A stretch of 64,000 nt of DNA, taken from positions 169,467 through 233,466 of the forward strand of contig JACPES010000003.1 in the NCBI GenBank assembly GCA_016183365.1, written 5' to 3'. Of this stretch, positions 1-9,156 are shown piece by piece (the stretch's first letter is position 1; each line of letters opens with the position of its first letter). The notes beneath the pieces are model-generated. The model was not told the origin of the DNA. It saw nothing but the letters and a program-made list of their open reading frames with translations, and made no database searches. Origin of the DNA: Candidatus Collierbacteria bacterium (GTDB lineage Bacteria > Patescibacteriota > Microgenomatia > UBA1400 > JACPES01). The position numbers and the translations under genes were made by a program.

Positions 1-283
1 AATGAAAGGAAATCAGCGCAAATAATATTAAGGTTTAGGTAACCGTTGAACCGTTGTTTGAGGAGAGAATAAAGAGCGGGATCGCGTCCTATAGCGATAA
101 CTGTTTTTGCCGATTGAAGAAGAATTTCCGTGATAATTCCTTTGCCGGGACCGATTTCAATAACAGTGTCATTTTTACCAATAGAAGATTTGCCGATTAG
201 CCGTTTAACGAGCTCCGGAGAATGAAGAAAAACTTGCGATAGATGCTCCCGCCGTAATTTGTACACGGCGGAACCTCATGAAC
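1..283 (-). CDS. rsmA: Partial 16S rRNA adenine dimethyltransferase (KsgA/RsmA-like). The C-terminus runs off the window start.
   Basis: The minus-strand translation from the ATG at 283-281 reads MFMRFRRVYKLRREHLSQVFLHSPELVKRLIGKSSIGKNDTVIEIGPGKGIITEILL. This contains the KsgA/Erm FL-x-D and VxEIGPGxG SAM-binding motifs. Confidence 0.5.
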
Positions 284-360
284 ATGATCATATGTGTATT
301 TTCTATAAATCCTTACGCCTATATTATATCAAAAACAATTAAGCTCAGGTCGTATCGGTT

Positions 361-392
361 GAAGCTCAGGGGTTAATTATGGTACAATCACG
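361..392 (+). promoter_or_regulatory. Sigma70-like promoter: TTGAAG, 17 nt spacer, then (G)TACAAT, upstream of rplC.
   Basis: The sequence ttgaagctcaggggttaattatggtacaat is read directly from the window. Confidence 0.4.
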
Positions 393-450
393 TTCAATGT
401 TGGCTTCAAGAATTATTTGAAGCTTGAGTAGCTACCAGCAACGCGGGGAA

Positions 451-480
451 AAAGCCGCCTCTGGCGGCTTTCTTATTGGA
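451..480 (+). terminator. Hairpin followed by a T-tract in the rplC leader. It looks like an intrinsic terminator or attenuator.
   Basis: The sequence aaagccgcctctggcggctttcttatt forms a 7 bp GC stem with a 3 nt loop followed by a T-rich run. It lies about 10 nt before the L3 ATG. Confidence 0.45.
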
Positions 481-484
481 AAAA

Positions 485-1141
485 ATGATAAAAACTTTAA
501 TCGGGATTAAATCAGGAATGACGCATGTTTATGACGAGACCGGGAAATGGTTAACGGTAACCCGGTTGGCGCTTGGTCCCTGTACTGTTTTACAAACCAG
601 AAGCGTGGAAAAAGACGGTTATCGGGCGGTTCAACTTAGTTTTGGAACTAAACGCAATATTACCAAGCCAATGGCAGGTCATTTAAAAAAGAGCGGCACA
701 GACAGAATGCCGCTTTTTATTTCTGAAGTTACCACAGAAGAAACTTTAAACGCCGGAAGCAAAATAACCGCTTCCGACGTTTTTTTTACCGGAGATTTGG
801 TTAATGTAGCCGGTTTGACCAGAGGCCGGGGATTTACCGGCGTGGTCAAGCGGTGGGGATTTCACGGCGGACCGAAAACTCATGGGCAGTCGGATCGGCA
901 CCGGGCGCCGGGTTCTATCGGTCAGGGCACGACTCCGGGGCGGGTATATAAGGGCAAGAAAATGGCCGGAAGATCCGGAACAGCCAGACAAACCATTAAA
1001 AATTTAAGGGTGGTTAAAATATTGCCGGATCAAAATGAAATTTGGGTTACCGGAGCGGTGCCGGGCGCCCGCGGAGGCTTTATCGAAGCTACGGTAATTA
1101 AATCTGTACCCAGAGATAAACAGGAAGAGGTTAAACAATGA
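485..1141 (+). CDS. rplC: 50S ribosomal protein L3
   Basis: MIKTLIGIKSGMTHVYDE followed by the ...GKKMAGRSG motif; it sits in the first position of the S10-operon gene order. The ORF track starts at an upstream TTG at 476. Confidence 0.9.
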   Translation: MIKTLIGIKSGMTHVYDETGKWLTVTRLALGPCTVLQTRSVEKDGYRAVQLSFGTKRNITKPMAGHLKKSGTDRMPLFISEVTTEETLNAGSKITASDVFFTGDLVNVAGLTRGRGFTGVVKRWGFHGGPKTHGQSDRHRAPGSIGQGTTPGRVYKGKKMAGRSGTARQTIKNLRVVKILPDQNEIWVTGAVPGARGGFIEATVIKSVPRDKQEEVKQ

Positions 1142-1776
1142 AGATGGCAGTGCTGGATATCAATGGTAAAAAAGCTGGAGTCATCGAAGCGTCAGACGCG
1201 GTGTTTTCAGTCCCGATGAATTCTCCGTTGCTGGCCCAGGCAGTTTATGTGGCTAAGGCTAATTTAAGACAAGGTTCGGCCGCGGCCCTAACCCGCGGAG
1301 AAACCTACGGAAGCCGGCGTAAACTTTGGAAACAAAAAGGTACCGGTAATGCCAGACACGGAGATAAGTTTGCCCCACAATTTGTGGGCGGCGGAGTTTC
1401 CCATGGACCACTGACGGAAAAAAATTATCGCAAGAGCATCACTTTAAAAATGAAAAGAAAAGCTTTTTGTTGTGTTTTGTCGCAAAAAGTCAGAGCTAAT
1501 AATCTGATTGTAGTTGAAGATTTGGATAAGAAAAAGAAAACCGGTGAAATGGCCAAAATGATGGCCAAAATATCCGCCGGGGCCAAGTCTTTGTTTTTGG
1601 CTGATGAAAAACACGTCTGGGCGTTGAGATTTTTAAAGAACCTATCGGAAGTAACGGCCGGCAGAGCCATGAATATGGATATTTTGTCTTTAATGGCGGC
1701 GAATAAAATTATGCTGACCCGCGGCGGGGTGGCCGAATTGGAGCTTAGGCTTAAAGGCGTTAGGGGGAATAAATAA
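1138..1776 (+). CDS. rplD: 50S ribosomal protein L4
   Basis: YGSRRKLWKQKGTGNARHGD motif; its ATGA start overlaps the L3 stop. Confidence 0.9.
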   Translation: MKMAVLDINGKKAGVIEASDAVFSVPMNSPLLAQAVYVAKANLRQGSAAALTRGETYGSRRKLWKQKGTGNARHGDKFAPQFVGGGVSHGPLTEKNYRKSITLKMKRKAFCCVLSQKVRANNLIVVEDLDKKKKTGEMAKMMAKISAGAKSLFLADEKHVWALRFLKNLSEVTAGRAMNMDILSLMAANKIMLTRGGVAELELRLKGVRGNK

Positions 1777-2082
1777 ATGAAAACCTGGGAAGTCATTAAA
1801 AAACCAATAGTTACCGAAAAGGCTTTGGCAAAAGGGAAAAATACCCATAAGTTTACTTTTGAAGTCGATAGAAACGCGACCAAAACTCAAATTAAAGAAG
1901 CAATTTTTGACCAGTTTGGGGTAAACCCAAAAAGAATAAATACTGCCGTAAGGAAAGGAAAATCGAAAAGAATCAGAGGCGGAAAAGGTAAAAGAATGAT
2001 AGCTTCGGTAAAACACGCGATGATATTTTTATCAGCCGACCAGAAAATTCCGGAAACTTTATCAGGGAGAACCGAAAAATGA
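1777..2082 (+). CDS. rplW: 50S ribosomal protein L23
   Basis: Its size and its position between L4 and L2 match L23, and it has a KFTFEVD motif. Confidence 0.85.
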   Translation: MKTWEVIKKPIVTEKALAKGKNTHKFTFEVDRNATKTQIKEAIFDQFGVNPKRINTAVRKGKSKRIRGGKGKRMIASVKHAMIFLSADQKIPETLSGRTEK

Positions 2083-2894
2083 AACCAACTACGCCCGGTA
2101 GACGCCATTTATCTCTGGTAGAAGTTAAATTTAAAGGTCGGCCGGAAAAATCTTTAATTGCCGGAATTTCTCATCGGCCGGCTGGCCGGAATTTCTCCGG
2201 TCGGGTGACTATCCGTCACCGCGGCGGGGGCGAAAAAAGATTTTTGCGGATTATCGACTGGAAACGGGACATTGAAGGCATACCCGGAAAAGTCGTCCGG
2301 ATTGAATATGATCCCAACCGTTCGGCCTGGATTGGTTTAATTGTTTATGCTAACGGAGCCAAGCGTTATATGTTAGCCCCGGAAGGTTTAATTGTTGGAC
2401 AAACGATTATGGCCGGAGTTCAAGCTCCGATCGAAATAGGAAATTCATTGCCTTTGTCGGAAATACCGGTGGGAATGGCGATACATAACTTGGAACTTCG
2501 TCCCGGTAAGGGAGCCCAAATGGTGAGAAGCGCCGGACAGGCGGCCTTAATCCAAGCCAAAGATGAAAAAGGGGTTAATGTTAAACTACCATCCGGAGAG
2601 TTAAGGCATTTCCCTCTTAACGTTAAAGCCACCATAGGCCAAGTCAGCAACGTGACGCATAAAAACGAAAAGCTGGGCAAGGCCGGCAGAAGACGCCACA
2701 TGGGTTGGCGGCCGGCAGTCAGAGGAGTAGCCATGAATCCGCGGCGGCATCCTCACGGCGGAGGCGAGGGGCGAAGCGGCATTGGTTTGAAGAGCCCGAA
2801 ATCATTATGGGGAAAACGAACAATGGGGAAGAAGACCAGGAGAAATAAATACAGCGATAAATTGATTTTGAGAGATAGGAGAGTGAAGGAATAA
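2079..2894 (+). CDS. rplB: 50S ribosomal protein L2
   Basis: GRNxxGRxTxRHRGGG and the C-terminal [13 protein letters not shown] motifs. Confidence 0.95.
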   Translation: MKPTTPGRRHLSLVEVKFKGRPEKSLIAGISHRPAGRNFSGRVTIRHRGGGEKRFLRIIDWKRDIEGIPGKVVRIEYDPNRSAWIGLIVYANGAKRYMLAPEGLIVGQTIMAGVQAPIEIGNSLPLSEIPVGMAIHNLELRPGKGAQMVRSAGQAALIQAKDEKGVNVKLPSGELRHFPLNVKATIGQVSNVTHKNEKLGKAGRRRHMGWRPAVRGVAMNPRRHPHGGGEGRSGIGLKSPKSLWGKRTMGKKTRRNKYSDKLILRDRRVKE

Positions 2895-2896
2895 AT

Positions 2897-3181
2897 ATGT
2901 CCAGATCATCTAAAAAAGGTCCGTATATTGACGAAAAACTGACGATAAAAGTCACAAAGCAAAAGGCGTCCGGAGAGAAAACCCCGATCAAAACCTGGGC
3001 CCGGGATTCACAAATTCCGCCGGATTTTGTCGGGCATACTTTTTCTGTTCATAACGGCAAAATCTTTAAAGACGTATTTATCACCGAATCTATGGTGGGA
3101 TACAGGTTGGGAGAATTTTCCCCGACCAGAACATTCAGGGGTCATGGCAGAATGGTTAAAAGATTGATGACTAAGACTTAA
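2897..3181 (+). CDS. rpsS: 30S ribosomal protein S19
   Basis: [10 protein letters not shown] ... HNGK ... GHTFSVHNG motif. Confidence 0.9.
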   Translation: MSRSSKKGPYIDEKLTIKVTKQKASGEKTPIKTWARDSQIPPDFVGHTFSVHNGKIFKDVFITESMVGYRLGEFSPTRTFRGHGRMVKRLMTKT

Positions 3182-3195
3182 AAAGAAAGGAAGAA

Positions 3196-3597
3196 ATGAA
3201 CAATAAACAGGAAACAAGAAACAGGAATCAAGAAACAATGATAGTCAGGGCGGAATCGTCCGTTATCAGACAATCGGTCAGAAAAATGCAGTTGGTGACC
3301 AGAGCCATATCCGGAATGACCCCGGCTACGGCAGTAGAAGTTTTACAGTTTATGGATAAAAAAGCGGCTGAACCGATTGGAAAAACTATCCAACAAGCTA
3401 TAGCCAACGCGACTAATAATTTGAAAATCGCCGAAAGTTCTTTTGGCCGATTGTTGGTTGAACTGCAAGAGGGGCCGACGATGAAACGGTGGCGGATGGG
3501 AAGCCGGGGCCGGACCAAGCCGATTTTGAAAAGGACGGGGAAAATAGTGGTAAAGCTGTTTGTAAAAATCAATGAACAAAAAACAAAAAACAAATAA
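3196..3597 (+). CDS. rplV: 50S ribosomal protein L22. The alternative start at 3238 removes an A/C-repeat-encoded N-terminal extension.
   Basis: MIVRAESSVIRQSVRKMQLVTRAISGM... is L22-like. The N- and C-terminal extensions are encoded by the ACAAAGAACAAA repeat. Confidence 0.85.
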   Translation: MNNKQETRNRNQETMIVRAESSVIRQSVRKMQLVTRAISGMTPATAVEVLQFMDKKAAEPIGKTIQQAIANATNNLKIAESSFGRLLVELQEGPTMKRWRMGSRGRTKPILKRTGKIVVKLFVKINEQKTKNK

Positions 3598-3653
3598 CAA
3601 TAAACAAAGAACAAAGAAACAAAAACGCTCTTTGCTTTTTGATTTTTAATTTT

Positions 3654-4307
3654 ATGGGACAAAAGGTACATCCAACCGGTTTCAGGCTAGGGCCTCTTTA
3701 TACTTGGGCTTCGCAATGGTATGCCGAGAAAAAAAATTATCGGGATCAGGTATCCGGAGACCAGAATATTAGGATTTTTTTAACGAGACGCTTGAGTATG
3801 GCCGGGATTACCAATATTGAAATAAAGCGTTCGATTAATGCCGTCAATATTGTTTTGCACGTAGCCAGACCGGGAGTGGTAATCGGCCGGGGCGGAGCGA
3901 CCTTAAAGGCTTTGCAAGAGGATCTGGAAACAATGGTCGTAGATAATATGGGTGGAAGCAAAGGGAAAAGAGTCGGATTGGATGTAATTGAAGTTGAGAA
4001 TCCGGAACAAGAAGCAGTGATTGTAGCTCAAAGAATAGCCGATCAATTGGTCAAACGGTATCCTTCGCGCCGGGCGGTGTCTCAAGCTTTGGATAAAGTT
4101 CGCCAGGCCGGAGCAATGGGCATTAAAATTCAACTTTCCGGCCGGATTAACGGCGCGGAAATCAGCCGGCGGGAGAAATATTTTAGCGGAACGGTTCCGA
4201 CTCAAACTTTAAGAAATGATATTAGCTACGCCGAAGTGCCGGCTCTGACCAGGTCCGGATACGTTGGGGTAAAAGTTTGGATAAACAGGGGGGAAAAGAA
4301 ATTATAA
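3654..4307 (+). CDS. rpsC: 30S ribosomal protein S3
   Basis: Canonical MGQKVHPTGFRLG N-terminus and a KH domain. Confidence 0.9.
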   Translation: MGQKVHPTGFRLGPLYTWASQWYAEKKNYRDQVSGDQNIRIFLTRRLSMAGITNIEIKRSINAVNIVLHVARPGVVIGRGGATLKALQEDLETMVVDNMGGSKGKRVGLDVIEVENPEQEAVIVAQRIADQLVKRYPSRRAVSQALDKVRQAGAMGIKIQLSGRINGAEISRREKYFSGTVPTQTLRNDISYAEVPALTRSGYVGVKVWINRGEKKL

Positions 4308-4310
4308 AAT

Positions 4311-4727
4311 ATGTTACAGCCAAAAAGACGGAAATATCGGAAAGAATTTAGGGGAAAAATGAAAGGTAACGCCACCAGCGGTTTTGAGGTGGATTTTGGC
4401 GAATATGGTTTAAAGGCTATGGGTAGGGGTTGGATGACTGCCAGGCAATTGGAAGCTGCCAGAAAAACTATTGCCCACTGTACTAAAAGACAAGGAAAGA
4501 TTTGGATTAGGCTATTTCCCAACAAACCGATTACCACCAAGGGTTTGGGAGTCGGGATGGGGTCGGGGAAGGGCGATATAAAAGAATACGTGGCGCCGGT
4601 AATTCCGGGGAAAATATTATTCGAAATCTCAGGAGTGACTCGGGAAATTGCCGCTGAATCGATGCGTTTAGCTGGACATAAATTGCCGTTTGTTACAGCT
4701 TTGGTCCAAAGAGGGGAAATATTATGA
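4311..4727 (+). CDS. rplP: 50S ribosomal protein L16
   Basis: MLQPKRRKYRK... and its position after S3. Confidence 0.9.
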   Translation: MLQPKRRKYRKEFRGKMKGNATSGFEVDFGEYGLKAMGRGWMTARQLEAARKTIAHCTKRQGKIWIRLFPNKPITTKGLGVGMGSGKGDIKEYVAPVIPGKILFEISGVTREIAAESMRLAGHKLPFVTALVQRGEIL

Positions 4728-4930
4728 GTCGGAAAAAAATGATTTTGCCAAAAGACCTGACGGAGCTAAAAGCTTTGTTGAGCGAATGGAGCCAAAAAAG
4801 GCAAAAACTGGAACTTGAGTCTGCAACCGGAAAATTAAAGAAAATATCAGATTTGGCAGACGCCAGAAAAAAGATGGCTCAAATACTGACTAAAATCAAC
4901 GAGCAAAAGAATAGTATAAAAACGATATGA
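4724..4930 (+). CDS. rpmC: 50S ribosomal protein L29
   Basis: A 68 aa helical protein between L16 and S17, with an LKALLSEW...KLELESATGKL signature. Confidence 0.8.
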   Translation: MSRKKMILPKDLTELKALLSEWSQKRQKLELESATGKLKKISDLADARKKMAQILTKINEQKNSIKTI

Positions 4931-5196
4931 AAATACTTACCGGAGTGGTTATCAGCCCCAAAATGGAAAAATCAGCCACAGTCAGGGTGGATAGAATGTG
5001 GCGTCACCCAATTTATAAGAAGATGATGAAAAGATCTAAAAAGTTTTTGGTCCACGCGGAAAGTCCGGTTAAAGCCGGTGAAATTGTCAAAATAGCCGAG
5101 ATTAAGCCTATGAGTAAGTTAAAGAGGTGGAGGATAATAGAAGAAGCAAAAAACAAAGAACAAAAAACAAAGAACAAAAAACAAGAGAGAAAATGA
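4927..5196 (+). CDS. rpsQ: 30S ribosomal protein S17, with a Lys-rich C-terminal tail encoded by the A/C repeat.
   Basis: LTGVVISPKMEKSATVRVDRMWRHPIYKK is S17-like. The tail EAKNKEQKTKNKKQERK comes from the repeat. Confidence 0.85.
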   Translation: MKILTGVVISPKMEKSATVRVDRMWRHPIYKKMMKRSKKFLVHAESPVKAGEIVKIAEIKPMSKLKRWRIIEEAKNKEQKTKNKKQERK

Positions 5197-5567
5197 TTCA
5201 ATTAAGGACAGTTTTAACCGTAGCAGATAATACCGGAGCCAGAAAATTGCGGGTTTATATGATTCATGGAGGATCTAAGCGCAAATTTGGCAATATTGGA
5301 GATTTTGTGGGAGCCTCGGTTATCGAGGCGATTCCGGAATCGCAATTTCCGGCCGGAACTAAAGTTAAGGCAGTCATAGTCAGAACCAGACATCCATTGC
5401 GCCGCCGAGATGGATCAAGAATTCGTTTTGACGATAACGCCGGGATTATTTTGGAAAGTTCCGAAAGCAAAAATCCGGCCGGGAGCAGGGTTTTCGGGCC
5501 CATTGCCCGGGAAGTGAAAGAGGCGGGATTCACAAAAATCGCGTCCCTGGCGGAAGAGGTGGTATAG
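5193..5567 (+). CDS. rplN: 50S ribosomal protein L14
   Basis: MIQLRTVLTVADNTGARKLRVYMIHGG. Its ATGA start overlaps the S17 stop. Confidence 0.9.
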   Translation: MIQLRTVLTVADNTGARKLRVYMIHGGSKRKFGNIGDFVGASVIEAIPESQFPAGTKVKAVIVRTRHPLRRRDGSRIRFDDNAGIILESSESKNPAGSRVFGPIAREVKEAGFTKIASLAEEVV

Positions 5568-5611
5568 GAGTAGAGAGTAAGGAGTAAGGAGTAGGGAGTA
5601 GGGAGTAGGGA
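5568..5611. repeat. Six tandem heptamers GAGTARG (an array of Shine-Dalgarno-like AGGAG motifs) between rplN and rplX.
   Basis: The sequence gagtagagagtaaggagtaaggagtagggagtagggagtagggag is read directly from the window. Confidence 0.8.
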
Positions 5612-5621
5612 GCAAAAAATT

Positions 5622-5933
5622 ATGAAATTAAGAAAAGGAGATACCGTTTTGATAACTGCCGGAAAGGATAGTGGCCGGGCAGGGAAAATAGCGGCCGTGC
5701 TGCCGAAAGAATCAAAAATAATAGTTGAAGGGGTTAATAAATATAAAAAACATATTAAGCCGCGCGGAAAAGGGCAGGCCGGCAGCATCCAGGACAGAGA
5801 GAGACCAATTCAAGTTGCCAATGTTGCCCTTATGTGTCCTAAATGCAAGCATGCGACCAGACTGGGATATAAGGTTACCAGAGAAGGTAAGAAGGTTAGA
5901 ATTTGCCGAAAATGCGAGGAGGAAATATTATGA
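5622..5933 (+). CDS. rplX: 50S ribosomal protein L24, with a C-terminal CxxC-x18-CxxC zinc-ribbon.
   Basis: MKLRKGDTVLITAGKDSGRAGKI KOW motif; the C-terminus reads CPKCKHATRLGYKVTREGKKVRICRKCEEE. Confidence 0.9.
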   Translation: MKLRKGDTVLITAGKDSGRAGKIAAVLPKESKIIVEGVNKYKKHIKPRGKGQAGSIQDRERPIQVANVALMCPKCKHATRLGYKVTREGKKVRICRKCEEEIL

Positions 5934-6484
5934 ACAGATTAAAACAAAAATATCAAACCACAATTGTGCCGGAGCTCGCCAAAGAATTAAACCTGGATAA
6001 TCTATTGGCTGTCCCGAGTTTAAATAAGGTGGTGGTATCAACCGCCTTTAAAGAAGATCAGCATCAGGATCAGGCCATAGACTTGGCCAAGAAATGGCTG
6101 GCGGTAATGACCGGCCAGATGCCAAAAACTACTGTCGCCAAGAAGTCTGTGGCCAGTTTTAATATCAGGGAGGGTGATATTTTAGGTTTACAAGTGACGC
6201 TAAGGCGCGACAGAATGTGGGGGTTTGTCGATAAACTCATTTCTATTGCTTTGCCCAGGTTGAGAGATTTTCAGGGGATTAGCCTCAATGGTTTTGACGG
6301 ACACGGAAACTACACCCTGGGGTTAACGGAACAAATAATCTTTCCGGAAGTTGACTATGACACTATTGGTAAAGTCAGGGGTTTGCAGATAACATTCGTC
6401 ACCACTGCCGACAATGATAAAATAGCCCGAAGGTTACTCGAAAGTATCGGGATGCCGTTTGAGAAAGAGGAGATCCGTGGCTAA
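5930..6484 (+). CDS. rplE: 50S ribosomal protein L5
   Basis: [24 protein letters not shown]. Its ATGA start overlaps the L24 stop. Confidence 0.9.
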   Translation: MNRLKQKYQTTIVPELAKELNLDNLLAVPSLNKVVVSTAFKEDQHQDQAIDLAKKWLAVMTGQMPKTTVAKKSVASFNIREGDILGLQVTLRRDRMWGFVDKLISIALPRLRDFQGISLNGFDGHGNYTLGLTEQIIFPEVDYDTIGKVRGLQITFVTTADNDKIARRLLESIGMPFEKEEIRG

Positions 6485-6662
6485 AAGAAGTAAAATTGTC
6501 AAAGCCGAAAGGTTAAAAGATCACCCGACTAAGGCCCGGAACAGATGCCGGCGTTGCGGCAGGCCAAGGGGATATATCAGGATTTTTGGCATTTGCCGAC
6601 TATGTTTCAGAGAATCAGCTCATAAGGGGGAATTGCCGGGAATCGTTAAGGCATCGTGGTAA
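6478..6662 (+). CDS. rpsN: 30S ribosomal protein S14, zinc-binding type Z. It probably starts at a GTG.
   Basis: [23 protein letters not shown]...KASW matches the 61 aa Zn-ribbon form of S14. Confidence 0.85.
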
Positions 6663-6666
6663 AAAT

Positions 6667-7065
6667 ATGGATACTATTGGAAATCTGATTACTATTATTA
6701 GAAACGGATATATGGCTCATCGGTTGGAAGTGACCATCCCATACGCCAGACAATCCGAAAGCGTTTGCCGATTGTTGACGGAAACCGGTTATTTGGCCGG
6801 AGTCAGCCTTGGTAAAAAATCGTCTAAAAAAAGTGAATTTAAGATATTGAAATTGGAGCTTAAATACCAGAATGGTCAGCCGATATTAACCAATATTACC
6901 AGGATTAGCAAGCCCGGCCGGAGATTGCATTCGTCTTATAAAAAACTCCCCAAACCCCTAGGCGGATATGGTTTGGTTATTTTGACTACCAATAAAGGAC
7001 TTATGATAGATAAAAACGCCCGTAAGGAAAAAATCGGAGGGGAGCCGCTTCTATCGGTTTGGTAA
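6667..7065 (+). CDS. rpsH: 30S ribosomal protein S8
   Basis: MDTIGNLITIIRNGYMA and the C-terminal GGEPLLSVW. Confidence 0.9.
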   Translation: MDTIGNLITIIRNGYMAHRLEVTIPYARQSESVCRLLTETGYLAGVSLGKKSSKKSEFKILKLELKYQNGQPILTNITRISKPGRRLHSSYKKLPKPLGGYGLVILTTNKGLMIDKNARKEKIGGEPLLSVW

Positions 7066-7072
7066 TTAAATT

Positions 7073-7633
7073 ATGTCCAGAATCGGTAAAAAACCAGTCT
7101 TATTGGGAGAAGGAGTAACGGCGGTTATAGTCGATAACCTGATAACTCTGAAGGGACCGAAAGGCGAATTGTCGCTCAACATACATCCTTTAGCGTCGGC
7201 CGAAGTATCAGAAGGACAGGTCATTATCTCTCCAAAAAATGATATAAAGCTGGCCAGGGCCGTTCACGGCCTGACCAGGTCGTTGATCGCCAATATGGCT
7301 AACGGAGTAAAAAACGGTTACGAAAAAAAACTGGAAATGGTGGGTACCGGTTACAGAGTGATTAAAAAGGGTCAAGGGTTACAGCTGTCTTTAGGGTTTT
7401 CTCACCAGATCGATTTTCCGGCCACCGAGGGCATTAATTTAGAAGTGGAAGGGAATACGGTAATTATTGTCAAAGGCATTGACAAACAATTGGTCGGGCA
7501 AGTAGCCGCCGATATCCGAGCCCTGCGGCCGCCGGAACCATATAAAGGCAAAGGGGTTAGATATTCAGGTGAACATGTTAGGAGAAAAGCCGGCAAGCAA
7601 ACCAAGGCCAGCGCGACCGGAGCAGGAAAATAA
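7073..7633 (+). CDS. rplF: 50S ribosomal protein L6
   Basis: [33 protein letters not shown]. Confidence 0.9.
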   Translation: MSRIGKKPVLLGEGVTAVIVDNLITLKGPKGELSLNIHPLASAEVSEGQVIISPKNDIKLARAVHGLTRSLIANMANGVKNGYEKKLEMVGTGYRVIKKGQGLQLSLGFSHQIDFPATEGINLEVEGNTVIIVKGIDKQLVGQVAADIRALRPPEPYKGKGVRYSGEHVRRKAGKQTKASATGAGK

Positions 7634-7634
7634 T

Positions 7635-7988
7635 ATGATAAACAAATATAAAACTCTTAATGCCAGGCGGAAAGCCGCAGCCCGAAAAAAACTTTTAGGG
7701 GTGGGGAATAGGTCCAGATTGACGGTTTTCAGGTCTTCCCAACATATTTATGCCCAAGTTATCGACGTTTCGGATGGTAAAATTCTGGCGGCGGCTTCAG
7801 ATTTGAGCCTTAAAAGTTCGCAGAAATTGTCAAAAACCGCCAAGTCAATTGCCGTCGGTGAGGCCTTGGCCCAAAAGGCCAAAAAATCCGGAGTGATCAA
7901 AGTGATGTTTGATCGCGGAGCTTATAAATACCACGGTCGGGTTAAGGCATTGGCTGAAGCGGCAAGGAAAGGGGGGCTGGAATTTTGA
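7635..7988 (+). CDS. rplR: 50S ribosomal protein L18
   Basis: [28 protein letters not shown] motif. Confidence 0.85.
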   Translation: MINKYKTLNARRKAAARKKLLGVGNRSRLTVFRSSQHIYAQVIDVSDGKILAAASDLSLKSSQKLSKTAKSIAVGEALAQKAKKSGVIKVMFDRGAYKYHGRVKALAEAARKGGLEF

Positions 7989-8446
7989 GAGAACAAAGCG
8001 AGTTTGCAGAAAAAATTATTAAGATAAACAGGGTATCCAAGAAGACCAAGGGCGGAAATAAAATGAGTTTTTCCGTTTTAATGGTGGTGGGCGATAAACG
8101 GGGACGGGTAGGGATCGGTTTAGGGAAAGCTCCTGACGTATTATCCGGGATTAAAAAGGCTTCCCGCCGAGCCAAGGATAAGATGATTAATGTCCCGATT
8201 ACGGAGACTACTATTCCTTTTCCGATGTCGGTGAAGTTAGGAGCGGTAAAGTTGATCTTGCGTTCGGCACCTGCCGGAACCGGAATTATTGCCGGCGGAG
8301 CTATCAGGGCTATTTTAGATGTAGCCGGTTTTAGAAATGTGGTTTGTAAGATTTTGGGAACCAGCAACCCGGCGTCCAATGCTTACGCCATTTTTGAAAC
8401 ATTAGAAAAAATGAGCGTTATAGCTAAAAAGAAAGGCATTATATGA
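7985..8446 (+). CDS. rpsE: 30S ribosomal protein S5
   Basis: [37 protein letters not shown]. Confidence 0.9.
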   Translation: MREQSEFAEKIIKINRVSKKTKGGNKMSFSVLMVVGDKRGRVGIGLGKAPDVLSGIKKASRRAKDKMINVPITETTIPFPMSVKLGAVKLILRSAPAGTGIIAGGAIRAILDVAGFRNVVCKILGTSNPASNAYAIFETLEKMSVIAKKKGII

Positions 8447-9111
8447 ACGAAATCGGACAGATAAATTTACATTCATTGCCTAAGATAGCTTTCAGAGGAA
8501 AAAAGCGCGTTGGTCGGGGATACGGATCAGGCAAAGGCGGTCATACTTCCGGCCGCGGCCAGAAAGGTCAACGCAGCCGCCGAACCATTCCATGGTCATT
8601 TGAAGGCGGAGCTTTGTCTTTATCGCAGAGACTGCCATTTTGGCGGGGAAAAGGTCGCTTGAATCCTTTGAGCGATAATCCGGTGGCTATTAATTTAAGC
8701 CAATTGGATAAATTGACTGCCGGAACAACTGTTGATGCCGAGTTTTTGGTCAAGCGAGGTTTGGTTAAGAATAAAGAAGTTGCCTCCAGAGGAATTAAAA
8801 TTTTAGGCGGCGGCCAATTGACCAAAAAATTGACGATCGTGGGCTTGAAAATTTCGGCTGCAGCGAAAGCCGTGGTGGAAAAGGTTGGGGGGAAAGTGGA
8901 AGGACCCCAAAGTATGCTTGCCACGAGCCACCCGCCCAAAGCTACGCAGTTGCTGGCGGGGCGCTCTCGTGGAGCGCAACTTCGGGGTTCGGATGTACCA
9001 GCAGATTTTTCCAAGAAGAAAAATCTGGGTTCATCCGAAAAAAAGATTATTAAAAAAACTGCCCAAAAGAAGGTTGTCGCTAAAATTAAAAAGGCCGTTA
9101 AAAAAGTTTAA
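8443..9111 (+). CDS. rplO: 50S ribosomal protein L15, with a long Lys-rich C-terminal extension. No L30 gene lies between S5 and L15.
   Basis: LPKIAFRGKKRVGRGYGSGKGGHTSGRGQKGQRSR. The protein is 222 aa, against about 145 aa for typical L15. Confidence 0.85.
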   Translation: MNEIGQINLHSLPKIAFRGKKRVGRGYGSGKGGHTSGRGQKGQRSRRTIPWSFEGGALSLSQRLPFWRGKGRLNPLSDNPVAINLSQLDKLTAGTTVDAEFLVKRGLVKNKEVASRGIKILGGGQLTKKLTIVGLKISAAAKAVVEKVGGKVEGPQSMLATSHPPKATQLLAGRSRGAQLRGSDVPADFSKKKNLGSSEKKIIKKTAQKKVVAKIKKAVKKV

Positions 9112-9156
9112 TTTCCCCTCTTGACACTTCGGGTATTTTATTGGTAAAAATAATTC

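Noticed and set aside
746-3671. Many minus-strand ORFs lie inside the ribosomal protein genes, for example 746..991, 1425..1883, 1690..2016, 2420..2734 and 3228..3671.
   Set aside because: They run antisense to strongly supported ribosomal genes and have low-complexity or odd composition. They are shadow ORFs.
5568-5611. Could the heptamer array or the A/C-rich runs be a CRISPR array?
   Set aside because: The units are 7 nt or irregular. There are no repeat-spacer units of 25-40 nt and no cas genes nearby.
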